DNA of 64,000 bases, taken from Paragordius varius (lineage: Eukaryota > Animalia > Nematomorpha). The DNA lies in NCBI GenBank assembly GCA_964247055.1, contig OZ176058.1, positions 4,712,001 to 4,776,000 of the forward strand, read 5' to 3'. Below are positions 1-13,300 of the stretch, piece by piece. The notes under the pieces were generated by a model. That model saw only the letters and a program-made list of their open reading frames with translations. It was not told where the DNA came from and ran no database searches. Made by a program: the position numbers and the translations under genes. Position 1 is the first letter of the stretch. Each line of letters starts with the position of its first letter.

Positions 1-263
1 AAAATGAATATTATACAGACAAAACCTAAAATTTAATAGGCAAATTTTTTTCGACCGCTCCTCTCTACTTTTTTTTAACTTAAAGTTCAATACAACTAAT
101 TGACTGCAAAGTATAAAATAGAGATGTTAATTTGTAACATCGACTATATATTTAACGATTGCAATTAAATAGCTTATGTAAAAAATTTAGGGTTAAAAAC
201 ATGTGTAACCCGTTTTTTTATTTTTTATAGTTTTGTCCTTAACAAATAAAAATGTTTTTTTAG

Positions 264-1420
264 ATGTTGATTTCTCAAGGAAACGCCTTCCCTCCACATT
301 CTTTCGCGAGGACAGCAAATTCAATAATGGTGACGAAGAAGAGATGGACAGTTTCTTAGAGTCGGAATACCTTAATTCTGTGCGACAAAACCGCAAATCT
401 GCCAATATCTGGACAAAGAAACAAGGAGAAAAAATCGATTTAAACTCCGCCATAGGTATGGCTAGACCAAAATTAGATTCTCCCATAAAACCAATTCTGA
501 AAAATGTTGGCCTAAAATCTAACATCATTTTGAATGTTGACGACTCAACCGGTCGTCCCTCCTTTAAGGGTGGTGGCGTTAGGAAGGGACCATTTTCCCG
601 ACAAATCTCAAGGCTAGAATCTACATCTCATTACGACGATATTTGGAAATTACAGGAGAGGCCTTCAACTTCATCTGGGCTATTTAAAACACATAGTGCT
701 TACCAGCTAGAAGAACCTTTAATACAATCCCACCCTTATGAAAATGTTTACAACAATACAGAACTCATCATCACAAGAAGAAGTGAACAGCCGCAAGAAA
801 TTAAATTACATAAAAATGAAGCAGTATTAGATAGAGCACCACTGATGACAGATTTCAGGAAATTACCTGAAACGTTTATATCTTGTTTTAATAGCAAAAA
901 TACAAACAAAAGCCAAAACAACATTCCCTCACCTATCCCAAGAAGTGGACCTTTCAAAATTAGTTTGCCTTCTTCACACAAACCTCCCAGTACAGGAGGT
1001 ATTTGGCAAAAGCGTTTTGATTTACCCAACAGCAATGTATTAAATAAGGAATCATCTAGTCAACAAGAAGAACCTGCCTTACTTTTTACTAATGACGCCA
1101 CGATCAAAGAAATTCTTATCAGCAGCAATTCTTCAGACGAAGAAGAAAAGTGGAATTATGATTTTTACTCAACAGCTGGCCCGTCTCATGAATCTGATAC
1201 CCATTGTTTAATTCAAACGCAAGAAGGAGATGACTGGCAAAATTTACCTCAAAGAAGGACTATTCAAACAAAAACCATTTCACCGTCTTTAACTAACAAA
1301 AATAATAAGCAAATAAGCAACATAAAATATTCTCCGAGCATGTCTTTTGCCGACACAGTTTGGGTCAAACGCGTCCTATTAAATGGACGCCTAAGCGTTT
1401 CACTCGAAAGTCGTCTCTAA
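264..1420 (+). CDS. Terminal exon (long C-terminal tail) of an upstream TRH-receptor-like GPCR paralog; earlier exons lie before the window
   Basis: Near-identical to 16882-18038 (DFSRKRLPSTFF...VSLESRL*), with the same TTTTAG|AT phase-1 acceptor at 262-263. The copy at 16882 splices in frame onto the TM7 exon of the TRHR-like gene. Confidence 0.8.
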
Positions 1421-1529
1421 TCAACGACAATATTTATAATGAAATTTTGGTTTATAAATATTTACGACCATATAAATACTAAAAAGAAAATAAATTAAAT
1501 AAATATATATATATATATATATAGTCATG

Positions 1530-1955
1530 TATCCTTTATTTTATCAAAAATTTATGAAAAATTTATTTTTTTCTTCGTTAATTGGGTATAAATATTTGGT
1601 AAAAAATGGAAAAAAACAAGTATTATGGTATTAACAATATCATATACATTAAGAAAGTGTAAAAATTATATTTTTATTTGTTAAAGAAAAGAGCCCAATG
1701 GATAAAGATTAAGGATTGGTTGTTAGTGTTTTTTCATTTTTTTACCAAAGATTTCCGACGCCCTTCCCCCACACTTTTACTTTTTTTAATGGAAAATATG
1801 TTATGGTTAATTCTAATAAATAAAAATATAATTCTTATACTTTTTGATGAATATGATATGGCTAATACCATGCCCTTGTTTTTTCCATTCTTTACCAAAT
1901 ATTTATACCCCCATTTAACGAAAAAAATAAATAAATTTTTAATAAAATAAAGGAT
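1530..1955. mobile_element. Foldback/MITE family with long TIRs (TATCCTTTATTTTATCAAAAATTT...)
   Basis: Inverted arms (TTCGTTAATTGGGTATAAATATTTGGTAAA..ATGGAAAAAAACAAG and its complement); related copies at ~18165-18390 and ~25250-25450. Confidence 0.65.
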
Positions 1956-3222
1956 AGATGACTGTATATATATAATTTTACATTGTCATTCTTTAATTTA
2001 ATATAGATTAATTGTGTCATTGATAGTGTATATAAAAGACGGGTTAATTTTTAAGTACATTAATAGCCAGTTAGTAATCACCCAATGTAAAGTGTGAAGC
2101 CCTTATTATATTTTCCCATTATAATAAGCTGCTTTTCATAATAAGGCCACCTACAGCCAAATTATACATATAATACTTCAAGTATAAAAAATTATAAGGA
2201 AACGTGACAATATAAAGACAAATATATTTTTCAAAAGGCAACCACACTTTTTCAAAACTTTAATTTTTTTAAGTATAACTCATTGTTTTAACCTATAAAA
2301 TAATATAGAAATGTAAATTGGTAACACAATCAAAGTTTTTTACGATTGTAATTAAATGTTTTTTATACAATAAATCAAGGTTTAAAATATGGTTTTCTTT
2401 TTAAAAAAATATTCTTTATATTTTCACGTTTTGTCCGTATAATTCCAATTTTTACTGTAAAACATAAAACAAATTTTTATTTCAATACTTTTTTAAACTG
2501 ATTTTTTTCAAAGTTTATATTGAGGATACAATAAAATTTCAAATTCAAGGGTAAAATGTTAAGTGCTCTTTTAAAAAATCTTTTTAAATGTTTGTCCTGT
2601 ATTATTTCAATTTTTACATTTGATAATTTTTTTTTCAGCAAAATAAACCCGACCTATTAAATAATGACAGGTTAAAAATCATGCACCTTTTCTATCGGGC
2701 TCTTATAAGGAAGGTTTAAAAAAGTAAAAACTCTATAAAAAATAATTATTGAAAAGAAAACCATACTTTTTAAACCCAGAGTTGCTCACCAAAAAACTTT
2801 TAAAGGTCCGCAAAAATTATTTATCTTGTCTCAGAGGCCGTGCGTATAATACCAACAAAAATTCCACTTTATATACCAATTACAATTCAAATTCACCCTT
2901 GCACAATTTAAAATCTGTCTCAAATATAATAGATGTATTTGAGATTATTAATTACCTATATTTTAATATATTTTTAAAAATTAAAAATAACTAAGCCATA
3001 ATATATTTCACATTAATAATGAGTTATATTAGTTCGAAAACATGAAACCAAAATCATTAAAGATTGAACTATTAACGAGTATTAGCAGTAGTAAATCCTC
3101 GTCAACAACGACAAAACTACCCAGCACAGGAAAACAAAATGAAAAAATATTGGATTTGTATGGCAAACCTATAACATCGAATTTACCTTTGACAGTTTCT
3201 GCTTTAACACAACAAAAGAAGC

Positions 3223-4316
3223 ATGGAACCTCAAGAACCATTTTTTTTCATAGCAAATTTGACGGATGTCGAAATAAAGTCATCGCTGGCCTGTAATGCG
3301 AATGAAACTGACCTAATCGCTCATATTATCGTTTTAGCGGGTAGTCAAAACTCAGTTAATTCCAATACTACCAGCACATCCATACTCAATTATGATAATA
3401 TGAAGGAGGGTTATTACATTGAAAACCTTACAATGGCTATTGAGGAGTTTCGTCGTGCCATTTACACAGACACCCTGTACCAATACAGTGATTTGTTTCG
3501 GGTTATAGCTACGTTTTATATGACCGTTATTTTTTGCATCGGTCTCATGGGTAACATTATGGTCGTACTTGTCGTTACGGTTAAAGTAGGCGGTGGTTCA
3601 ACCGCTAAAAACCCACTCAAAATTTCAACCAACGTATATTTGGTAAGTCTCGCTGTGGCGGATTGTATGTCTTTGCTCGCCGCTGTGCCCGAACAAGTCG
3701 TGAGTCATTTTATCCCCGTTAATCGTTGGGTCCTAGGCGGTCGCGTTATTTGTTCGGGCGCTATTTTTGTCCAATACCTATCTATCAATGCTTCGGCCTT
3801 ATCAATTACGGCTTTTACGCTGGAACGTTACCTGGCTATCTCGTACCCGCTGAAGGCCCAGGTTATTTGCACTTACAAACGCGCACAAAAAATTGTGTTG
3901 GGCGTATGGATTTTCTCCCTGCTGTATTGTAGTCCATGGCTCTTTCTAACTTCCACGTTTCCCATGTACATTGTCCTGGAGCGGACAGAAACAGTTTACA
4001 CGAAACCGGGACAACAGCAAAATACTAGTAATTCGTATAGCAGTTCTTTACCCTTTGAGGTGTCACCAAATAATTCTGTCTTAAAAACCAACTGTTTTTT
4101 CCTTCAAAACAAGAAGGAAGTTGTTTCACCTCATCATGATGGCGACAAAAAAGAAAAAGGTGACCGTAAACGCCGACAAGCATTAGTAGGAACAGAACCG
4201 ACGAAGACAAAAGACATAAATATTGATGAATTCACTTCCTATTATCATTACACTACTAACAAGGCTTTTTCACCAAAACAAAATGATATAACGCTCTCTA
4301 CTCCACACAATTACAA
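3223..4316 (+). CDS. TRHR: TRHR-like exon 1 (N-terminus, TM1-TM4, start of ECL2)
   Basis: 369-aa ORF with TM1-4 motifs; donor AA|GTATGT at 4317. Confidence 0.9.
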
Positions 4317-7300
4317 GTATGTGCTAGAATAAATATATCTACAAATTATTAATATTAATCAATATGTATGTCTATAACATTGTAAAAAAATGTATGTTAA
4401 TCAAAAAAGAGGAAATAGACTCATCAGTCTCAGACAGTATAGTATAGTCCATTAATTTAGATTGCAAAGCATGAATGTTTAAAAAAGACATTTTCATTCA
4501 GCCTTCCTTATTATTTATTGGTAAATTAGAAATTTTTTCCAATGTCAAAGGCCATTCTTTATAATTCCTGTGGTCATTTGCATATTTTAATGATTATATG
4601 CAACAACAAAGTGTCAAAATAATATTAATATCAAGATAAGATTTTTGGTTATTCTTTGTTTGTATGCTTGACGATTTCATTTTTAATTAAACTTTAATAA
4701 CAAAATTTATTTGTTTTTGCAAATGGATTAAGAAAGAGAGATATAAATCTATTTTTAAAAGATAAAGTGAAATGACAAATCTTTAAATATATCTGTCAAA
4801 AATTGGTTGGACTTTTTTTTTCTAAAAACGATTTTTGTGTGGCTTTAGTGTTTTTTACCACGATTACCTCTCAGTTGGGGTTAATAAGAGGGTTATTAAA
4901 TTAAGTATAGAGAACTATAAGGCCAAGAAATTTTTTTTACTAGAATCAACGTTAAATAATTAAGACTTATTAAAATGATTTTAGTGTAAACTACTGAAAA
5001 TGGTATTTAAAGCGATATATTAGCTATAATAATTCAAATACTATTTTTGTATTTTTATATCATAGGGTTAACTTTGCTATACGTATTGTTATCCAATTTC
5101 CATCATAAATTCGAAAAAAAGCGTTTAGATTATATAACCAATTAAAAATTCAAAAATTAAAACCCCCAAAAACCAAATTTTCTTTAGAAAAACCGCTTGT
5201 TTGAAATATGTTAACCAAACTATTGGTTCTGATCCCTGTAAATATCTTTTTATTATGTGGCTTTTAATTTTTTTCATCCTATATATATTTTTTAGTAGAT
5301 ATGCAGAAACCAATTATCCAACGATAATTAAGCAAAATATCGGGAAAATACCAATGTTTAATACAACAACTTGCATATATGGTAAAAATGATAAACCAAT
5401 GCAAAAATATGTGAAACCTGTTAAAATTTTTATGAAATATCGGCGAAAAAAATCATTTCGGTTCAATGTTAGCGATGAAAGTTTCATTTTAAACCAAACG
5501 AGGAACACAAGTAACCTAGAATATGAACATGAAATTATAAAATCGTTTGAACAAAAGTTAAGGGAACAAAGCAACTTTAACGATGATAAAAAAAAGCAAA
5601 CTTTTCTTAAGCAATACAATTTGAATGTCCGTACTACAACTTACCCCCAAAATACTCAAACTACTATGAATATTCGATCATCTGTTAAATATTTTAAGAA
5701 AGAAAAAGAGCCATCTTTTTATTACATAAATCACACACACCATCAAATAATTTATAGTTGGCAACATTGTAGTTATGTCATTTCGAGAGAAGCATACCTA
5801 GGATACTATATGACAGATTTAATTGTGTTTTATGCGCTCCCACTCATCATATCTTTCATATGTTATGGACTTATCATAAGGATCCTATTTCGAACCAACA
5901 AACACGAAAAATTGGTTAGAAATCGATTTGGAAACAAAAGTATTCTGCAAAAACATCATAATTACCGTGAAATCTCAGAGAATGGAAAAAACAGAAAAAT
6001 CCCTGGACAACAGCAAGAACGCGAACAAGATCAAACTAACTCAAATCTTTCTGACCTAAATAATGTCAATACTAACATTCCAGCCAAAACAGAGCAATCT
6101 TTTGTTTCTGACATCAATAAACAACACTATGATTTCAATGACAAACGTAATCAAATTATTGATGGTGATAATAATAACTTGCTCCCAAGACAAGGGAGGA
6201 ATGATAAAATTGGTGAAATGTCAACAATACATCAATTATCCAATTCCAGCTTAAACCATGAAAACATAGCTAGTCAAAACAGTCAAAACAATATGAATAC
6301 TTCACCTCAAACCATTTTTTCCCATCTAGAGATGGTGCCAACAAAATCAATATCTGATACCAATAAAAACAACGAATTAATAATCAATTTGAGGAATGAC
6401 AGAAGCGTTTTGCCTGATGGCAGCCAGATTAAAAGTGTTAAAACTGGGAATGAGTCAAATCAATCATTGACTAATCCTAGCACCAGAAAATCTGAAATTT
6501 TTTTGGATCTTTCACGAACAAAAACATCAACATTATCCCATGTAAGTTAAATAATTTTTATGTTTTGTAATTATTTTTATCGTTATAGAGAATAACTAAA
6601 CTTTTTTCTCTTCTGGTAACTATAAGATACACATAAATCAATCAAAACCAAAAAAAATTACTTAGCTTAATTTAAAAAACTGCTGACTGACTATTTTATT
6701 TTATATGAATCCCAATAGGATCAGTTGTCTATCCATCTCTCTCTCTTTTTTGATATAATTAATATTTCTGGTTGTTTTTATGGTCAAGCCTGGTTTAACT
6801 AAACTCTAAATGTTGAAAAGAGTATTGATAGTTTTTTAATAGTAAATATATAACGTTTTAAATCACTTTGGAACAAATTTTTTACAAGATAATTTTTTTA
6901 AACTCAAAAAACTCAATTTACAATCTTAATCCGAATCGAAAAAATTAAATACCCTGGTGGGATTGTATACTAAATTAGACAGTTAATAGATGGCTGATAT
7001 CCATACTTTACAGTAAAAATTTATATATTTTCTAAATTGTGTTTTCTCCGGCTTTAAAAAATTTAAAAGACAATTTTTTCAAAAAAAATGGTTTTGGAGT
7101 CGCAAAATAGGGGACAGATATTTATATATTTTAAGTAATTCTAGAATTTATATGAAAATAATTATGGTTTTTAAAAGTATGGGGTTGTATTTTAGAATAA
7201 AATATCTGTCCTTATATTTTTACTTGTCCATAATATAATTTCAGTTTTTACTGAATTAAAAAGTGTTGTGTTGCTTTTAAAAAATTCGTCTTTTAGTTTT

Positions 7301-10300
7301 TACATTTTTTCTCCCTATTTTACAGTAAAAATATGCGGACAAAATGTAAAAATATAAAGATAAATATTTTTTTCTAAAAGACAACCAACTATTTATAAAT
7401 TGATTTATACCAATATAACTCATTGTTTTTGATGGCAAAACTTAAAATATAGTTTTATATTACTAACACAATCAATTCTATATTAATAGCTTATATGAGA
7501 AAAATTATGGTTAATAAAAGTATGGTTGTTGTCTTTTAGAAATAAATATTTGTCCTTATAGATTTACCTTTTGTCCATAGTATAATTTCAGTTTTTACTG
7601 TTTTTTTTACTGTGAATATGATAGTTATTGCCCAATCATTTTTAAGTTTAATTAAAAATCTAATAAACATTTATTGACGGTTTAAAATTTATAATTACTT
7701 TTTACGATCAAAACTTTTTTAAGCATTTTATTTTGTATTATGGACATAGGAGCTTATAGAATGCAAAATTTTCATTTTTGCTTAGTATCATTGATATTCA
7801 TTGTAATAATCGATTTAAATTTTCTAAAAACTGTACCTTGAAAGATGTGTGTGAATGTTAAATATAAACTAATATACCAAGCTATTTTTATTGAAATCAA
7901 TTATTTTTTATTTTAAACATAAGAATGCCCAAATAAATTGAGGTCACTCTTTAAAGCTTTATTCTAATTTTCTTACAAAACTGACTTAAAAGCTAAAATT
8001 CAAGGACATTTTGACACTTTTCAAACGTGGTCTTTTCTTTTAAAAATATTTGAAAATATATTACTTATAAATAATAAATTAATATAATTACTTTTTTTGT
8101 TTTCTTACTTTAATAACTTAATCTTAATGCCTTTTCATAAGTTAACTACATTTTGGCTAAATTTTAAATTTGAAAACTTTAAAAAATTCTATTTTTAAAC
8201 CAATTTTTTAATCCTGAATGTAAAGGTTAACCTAAGCTGATTACAAATTTTTTAACCAACATATTGAAATATTTAATCTATATTCTCTATCTATATTATA
8301 ACCTTCAATTATTTATATAGAAAAATATATTTTTAATTTTAAACTACCATTTAAAAATTGTATTGTACAATATATATATATATATATCTCCAGGGAATAC
8401 TTAGAATATGTTGCGATACTCCGATAGATTATTTAAAACAATTTTATATTATGAAACAATTATTATTATTTTTATTATTTTATGTATAAATAATATTTTT
8501 TGATACATTCAAATATCTGTGTCGGAATAAAACATTTTCAATATAAAGTTAATTGACAAAATGCCAAAAATATATTGTGTATGTAATTATATATACAGTA
8601 AATATTTATCATTACGTGGGCAAAACGTAAAAAGTAAAAAGTGATGTTTTTATTAAATTAAATTATTTTTTTATCTCTTATTTTAAATATAGTTTTTTGT
8701 AAATCTAATTAAGAATTAAAATACATTTTGTCCATATAGTTTTAATGTGTTTACAGTTTAATGGAAAGATTATGCCATATTTACAGTAAAATTAAAATTA
8801 AACGGGAAAAAATTACTAGACAGATATATTTTCTACAATCAGTCAGACTTTGATCTTTGATTTTTCCTTTATATACGATCCAAATGAGCTAAATAAAATA
8901 TATTAAATTTATTTAGAATATTATTTATTTTTAAGAATATACTTCCAATTTTTATTGGAATCGGTTGATAGAAAAATGGAGGTATATCTCTTTTTTCCAA
9001 CCCACAAAAATAGGTTATTACAATCAAATTGTTATTAAACTTTTAATTTATATATATATATATATATATATTAGAATAAAATTATAACGACAAAGACGGA
9101 AACCAAATTTATTAAACCTTCTTATCAAGACAAAACTGATTTCTTATCAAACATGGGAAATGTTAATAAAGATTTCCAACAAATTATTGATTCTGGAAAA
9201 TCTGCCCCTGCACCTCTGAATAAAAAAATGAGGGCCAGTAATAGTAATTCCTTCACAAAAGCCCGTAAAATTAATCGCAAATATACTGCCATATTTCGAC
9301 CAAGCCCATCTCAACGAAAACGATACAATAATCATAAATTAAATTTAAGGCCAAATAATAATTTACCTGCTACTCAAGATTTATACTATTCAATTTCTAC
9401 TTTGTCCCCTTGCTTAAAAATAAAGCGAATGGAGGAGCAATATCAAGCCATATTACAGCAGTACAAATTTAAAATATATAGACTAAACAAACATAAATAC
9501 ATATGTTTTATATCAAAAGAAAATCATATTTTTTAAACCTTGATATTTTCTATATAAACGATTAAATTACAATGTCAATTTAAATCCTTTCCATACTTTG
9601 CTACTTAAAACAATCATTTAGTTATACAGTAAAAACTGAAATACGGACATAAAAATATGAAGACAAATATTTTTTCTAACAGACAACCATACTTTTCAAA
9701 TCTTGACATCAATAACTCGTTGACCAAATAGCAATTCCGAAATACAGATATATATTATTAACAAAATCAAGTCTATATTTTTCAATTTTAATTAAATAGC
9801 TTATATCAAAAAGTTTAGGTTTTAAAAAAGTATGGTTGTCATTTAGATAAAAATATTTGTCTTTATATTTTTACGTTTTGTCCTATATAATTTCAATTTT
9901 TACAAAAACTCTAATTATATAATTGATTGTGTTACCAATTAACATCTCTAACCCTGCTATTTAGGTTAATCATTTATTTAGTTATAACTTAAGCTTTGGT
10001 CCATTTGCAAACACATATTTGTCTTAATGTGTGTTTTTACGATGTTTTGTCTGTATAATTTCAATTTTTACTATAACAACAAAAACTATAATATATAATT
10101 GTTGTGTAACCAATATACATCTTTAACCCATACTTTGCTATCCAAAACATCAATTATTTAGATATAATTTTGGGTCTATTTGCAAAAACATATTTGTCTT
10201 TATGTCTTTTTTACGTTGTTTTGTCTGTATAATTTTATCGTCGCTTTTTATACTGTAATCATCAGAATATCAACAACAACAGCAAGAGTTTCCAAGAAAG

Positions 10301-13300
10301 ACCATCTATATGGTCTATCCGTTCTGGTCTAGAGAAGCGATTAAGTCGACTTACAATGGTTTCTAATAGTCCCTCCCCTTCGCCCCCACCCTACATGTTA
10401 ACGACACACAAAAGACGTGAAAAGCGTTCGGGAAAATCCAAGCTTAGAACCAAAATGCAAGTCAGTTGTTTTTTAGTTTTTTATCTAAATTACTTTTTTG
10501 TGTTTCTAAAAAAAGTATCGCTCAAATGTATTTGTTTAATAAAAAATATTGATTAAATAATTTTTCTGTTTTTTAATTAAGTCCTGATACAATTCACATA
10601 CAGTTAAAACTGAAATTATACTATGGACATAATGTGAAAATATATAGACAAATATTTTTTTTTCTAAAAGACAACTAACTATACTTTGTTAAACTTCATT
10701 TGTTATATATCACTCATTGTTTCAGTATGCATATTTATAGAATTGATATGTATATTGGTGACACAATTAATTACACATTTCAAAATTGTAATTATATATA
10801 ATTATATGAGAAAAATTAGGGTTTAAAAATGTATGGTTTTTTAGAAAAAAATATTTTTTATATTTTTACATTTTGTCCGTATAATTTCAATTTTACTTTA
10901 TTAGATTTCAAACATTTACAAACTTACAGTAGCGTATGGCATAAAACAATATTAGCCGATAAAAGAATTAAAAAATGTTTTTCCAAAAAAACAAGAGGAT
11001 ATTATGTATATGTCTCTATACAACTAGGCTTGTTTTTTTGGAAAAAAACATTTTTTATTCTATTAGGAACTGATAATGTTTTATGCCATATGCTACTGTA
11101 TTCGTAAATATTTGTATGAGAAATATTATTTTTATTAAGTTATTTAAGCAATGTAATATTTTAAAAATTATTTTTTATTTGGTATTTTCCAAATTTTCAA
11201 TTTGGCGTACAAAATAAAGCAAGATCTTATTTATGATAGTACAGTTATTAATTTTAAAACACTTTTACAGTTTTAATTATTTTTTTATTTTTAAAACATA
11301 ACATGGTTCCTAAATCATTACTTATAATTAACAATTAATTAAAAAGTAAGAATAAGGTTGAATAATTTCGATTAATTTTAACCAAGGACACACTTGGTAA
11401 AAACAAATTTTAAGTTTATTGACATCAAAGCTATTTTAGTGGATAAAACTATGTTGGTCAGCCAAAAAATTTAAAAAAACGATAACAAATTATTTCATTT
11501 TTATAGTAAAATAGCTGTTTTAAGATTATCTATTACAAACTGAAACCCCACTTATAGTTTTATTTCAGTTTAAAAAAAGATTTTTCAGTCACATTTTATT
11601 CAAAAAATTTTAAACTTCGCTTAATGTTTCAATTTAATTTTAACTAATATTTGTAGAAAAAAAACAGCACACATTAAATTCGCGAAAGGATTTGTAAAAA
11701 ATTATATTAAACCTAATTTTATCCGATTTTCTAATGAAACTAATTTTGCTACTATGATACAGTTTAAATTAAAATTAATAAGACAAAACAAAAAGTAAAA
11801 AGGTTTACAAAGCTTATTTATTATACTATTTTTAGGGCGAAAAAAAAGGAATGTGTAAATTCGATAACACACAAATTTATTTCACCATTAAATTAAATAT
11901 AAACTTTTTTTATTTTATACACATTTATCATTCTGTTTTTGTTTGCCTATGTTACCATTTTTAATCTGTAATCCCTATTTAGCAAACCAAACGATCGATT
12001 ACTATACAATTTCCCATTTACAATCAAATTCACTCTAAAAATAAATTAGGTGTTTTCGGTCTAATATAACTCATCATTAATATGTAAAAATAAATTTTTA
12101 ATATATAGTTTATTATTTTTTCAGCACTATAAACAGAATTTTATATTTTAGAAATATGAAAAATAAAAATAAAGAAACACTTAATTATTTTAGAGTGAAT
12201 GAATTGTTCAAGGGTGATTTTGAATAGTTCAAGGGTAAAATTTGAATTGTTCATGGGCAAATTTGAATTGTTTAAGGGTAAAATTGAATTGTTCAAGGGT
12301 AAATTTGAATTGTAGAAGGGTGAATTTAAACTGTAAATGGTATGTGTACTTTAATGTTGTTCGTTCGATTCACATGGTTCTTGGGGGACAATGTTTCATA
12401 TGGTTAAAAACAACAAATGGTTGAAATTACAATTTTTATTATTAATAATAACAACAAAAAATTATTAAATTACGGACAAAATTTGTTTTTTACCATACGT
12501 GCTCTGTATTGGCAATTGGCCTGCAATAACTTGAATTGACCAGCATTAATGTGCATAATGTAATTAGAAAATGAAGGATATTTAGTGTTAGATTCAATAA
12601 TTAGTTGTTACTTATTACAGTAAAAATTGAAATTATACAGACAAAACGTAAAAATATAAAGACAAATATTTTTTTTTCAAAAGACAACCCCATACTTTTT
12701 TAAACCATAATTTTTGCCAAATAAGTTATTTACTTACGATTGTAAAATATCTAATTGATTGTGTTAACGATATACATCTCTAATTCTTCCTTGTGGAAAT
12801 TCTAAACAGAGCTTTCTAAAAAAACAAGGTTTAAAAAGTATGGTTGTCTTTTAGAAAAAAATATATGGCTTTATATTTTTACTATTATATACATCTCTAA
12901 TTCATATTTAAAAAAAACCAGATCTAAAAAGTATGGTTAAGAAAAAAATATATGTTATTATATTTTTACTTTTATATACATATCTATACTTGGCAATTAT
13001 CAACAGTGATTTATAATTAAAAAAACGAGATTTAAAAATATGGTTGTCTTTTAGAAAAAAAATATTTGTCTTTATATTTTTACGTTTTGTCTCTTTATTT
13101 TAGTTATCAATTTTTATTTTTATATACATCTCTAATCCATTCTTGGCAATTATCAACAGATATTTATAATTTAAAACAAGATTTAAAAAGTATGGTTGTC
13201 TTTTGAAGAAAAAATTATATGTCTTTATACGTTTTGTCTATAGTATAATTTCAATTTTTACTTTTTATGTTTTGTCCTTAATTCATACTTGGCAATTCGC

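Larger units (their letters stand above)
1..2870. repeat. Segmental duplicate of ~16620-19670 (last intron end, terminal exon and 3' flank of the GPCR)
   Basis: Colinear similarity by eye in coding and non-coding sequence (e.g. CCCAATGTAAAGTGTGAAGCCC; AAACCCGACC..TAATGACAGGTTAAAAATCATGCA). Confidence 0.9.

Noticed and set aside
193-1035. Minus-strand ORFs 193-528 and 748-1035 (also 16844-17161, 16939-17127, 5314-5619, 15989-16192)
   Set aside because: Antisense shadows of GPCR exons with no independent motifs.
1678-1950. 90-aa ORF, and similar short ORFs at 10829, 15749, 19553, 20386, 28147, 34850 and 59678-60795
   Set aside because: They fall inside MITEs, foldbacks or satellites and have AT-driven composition.
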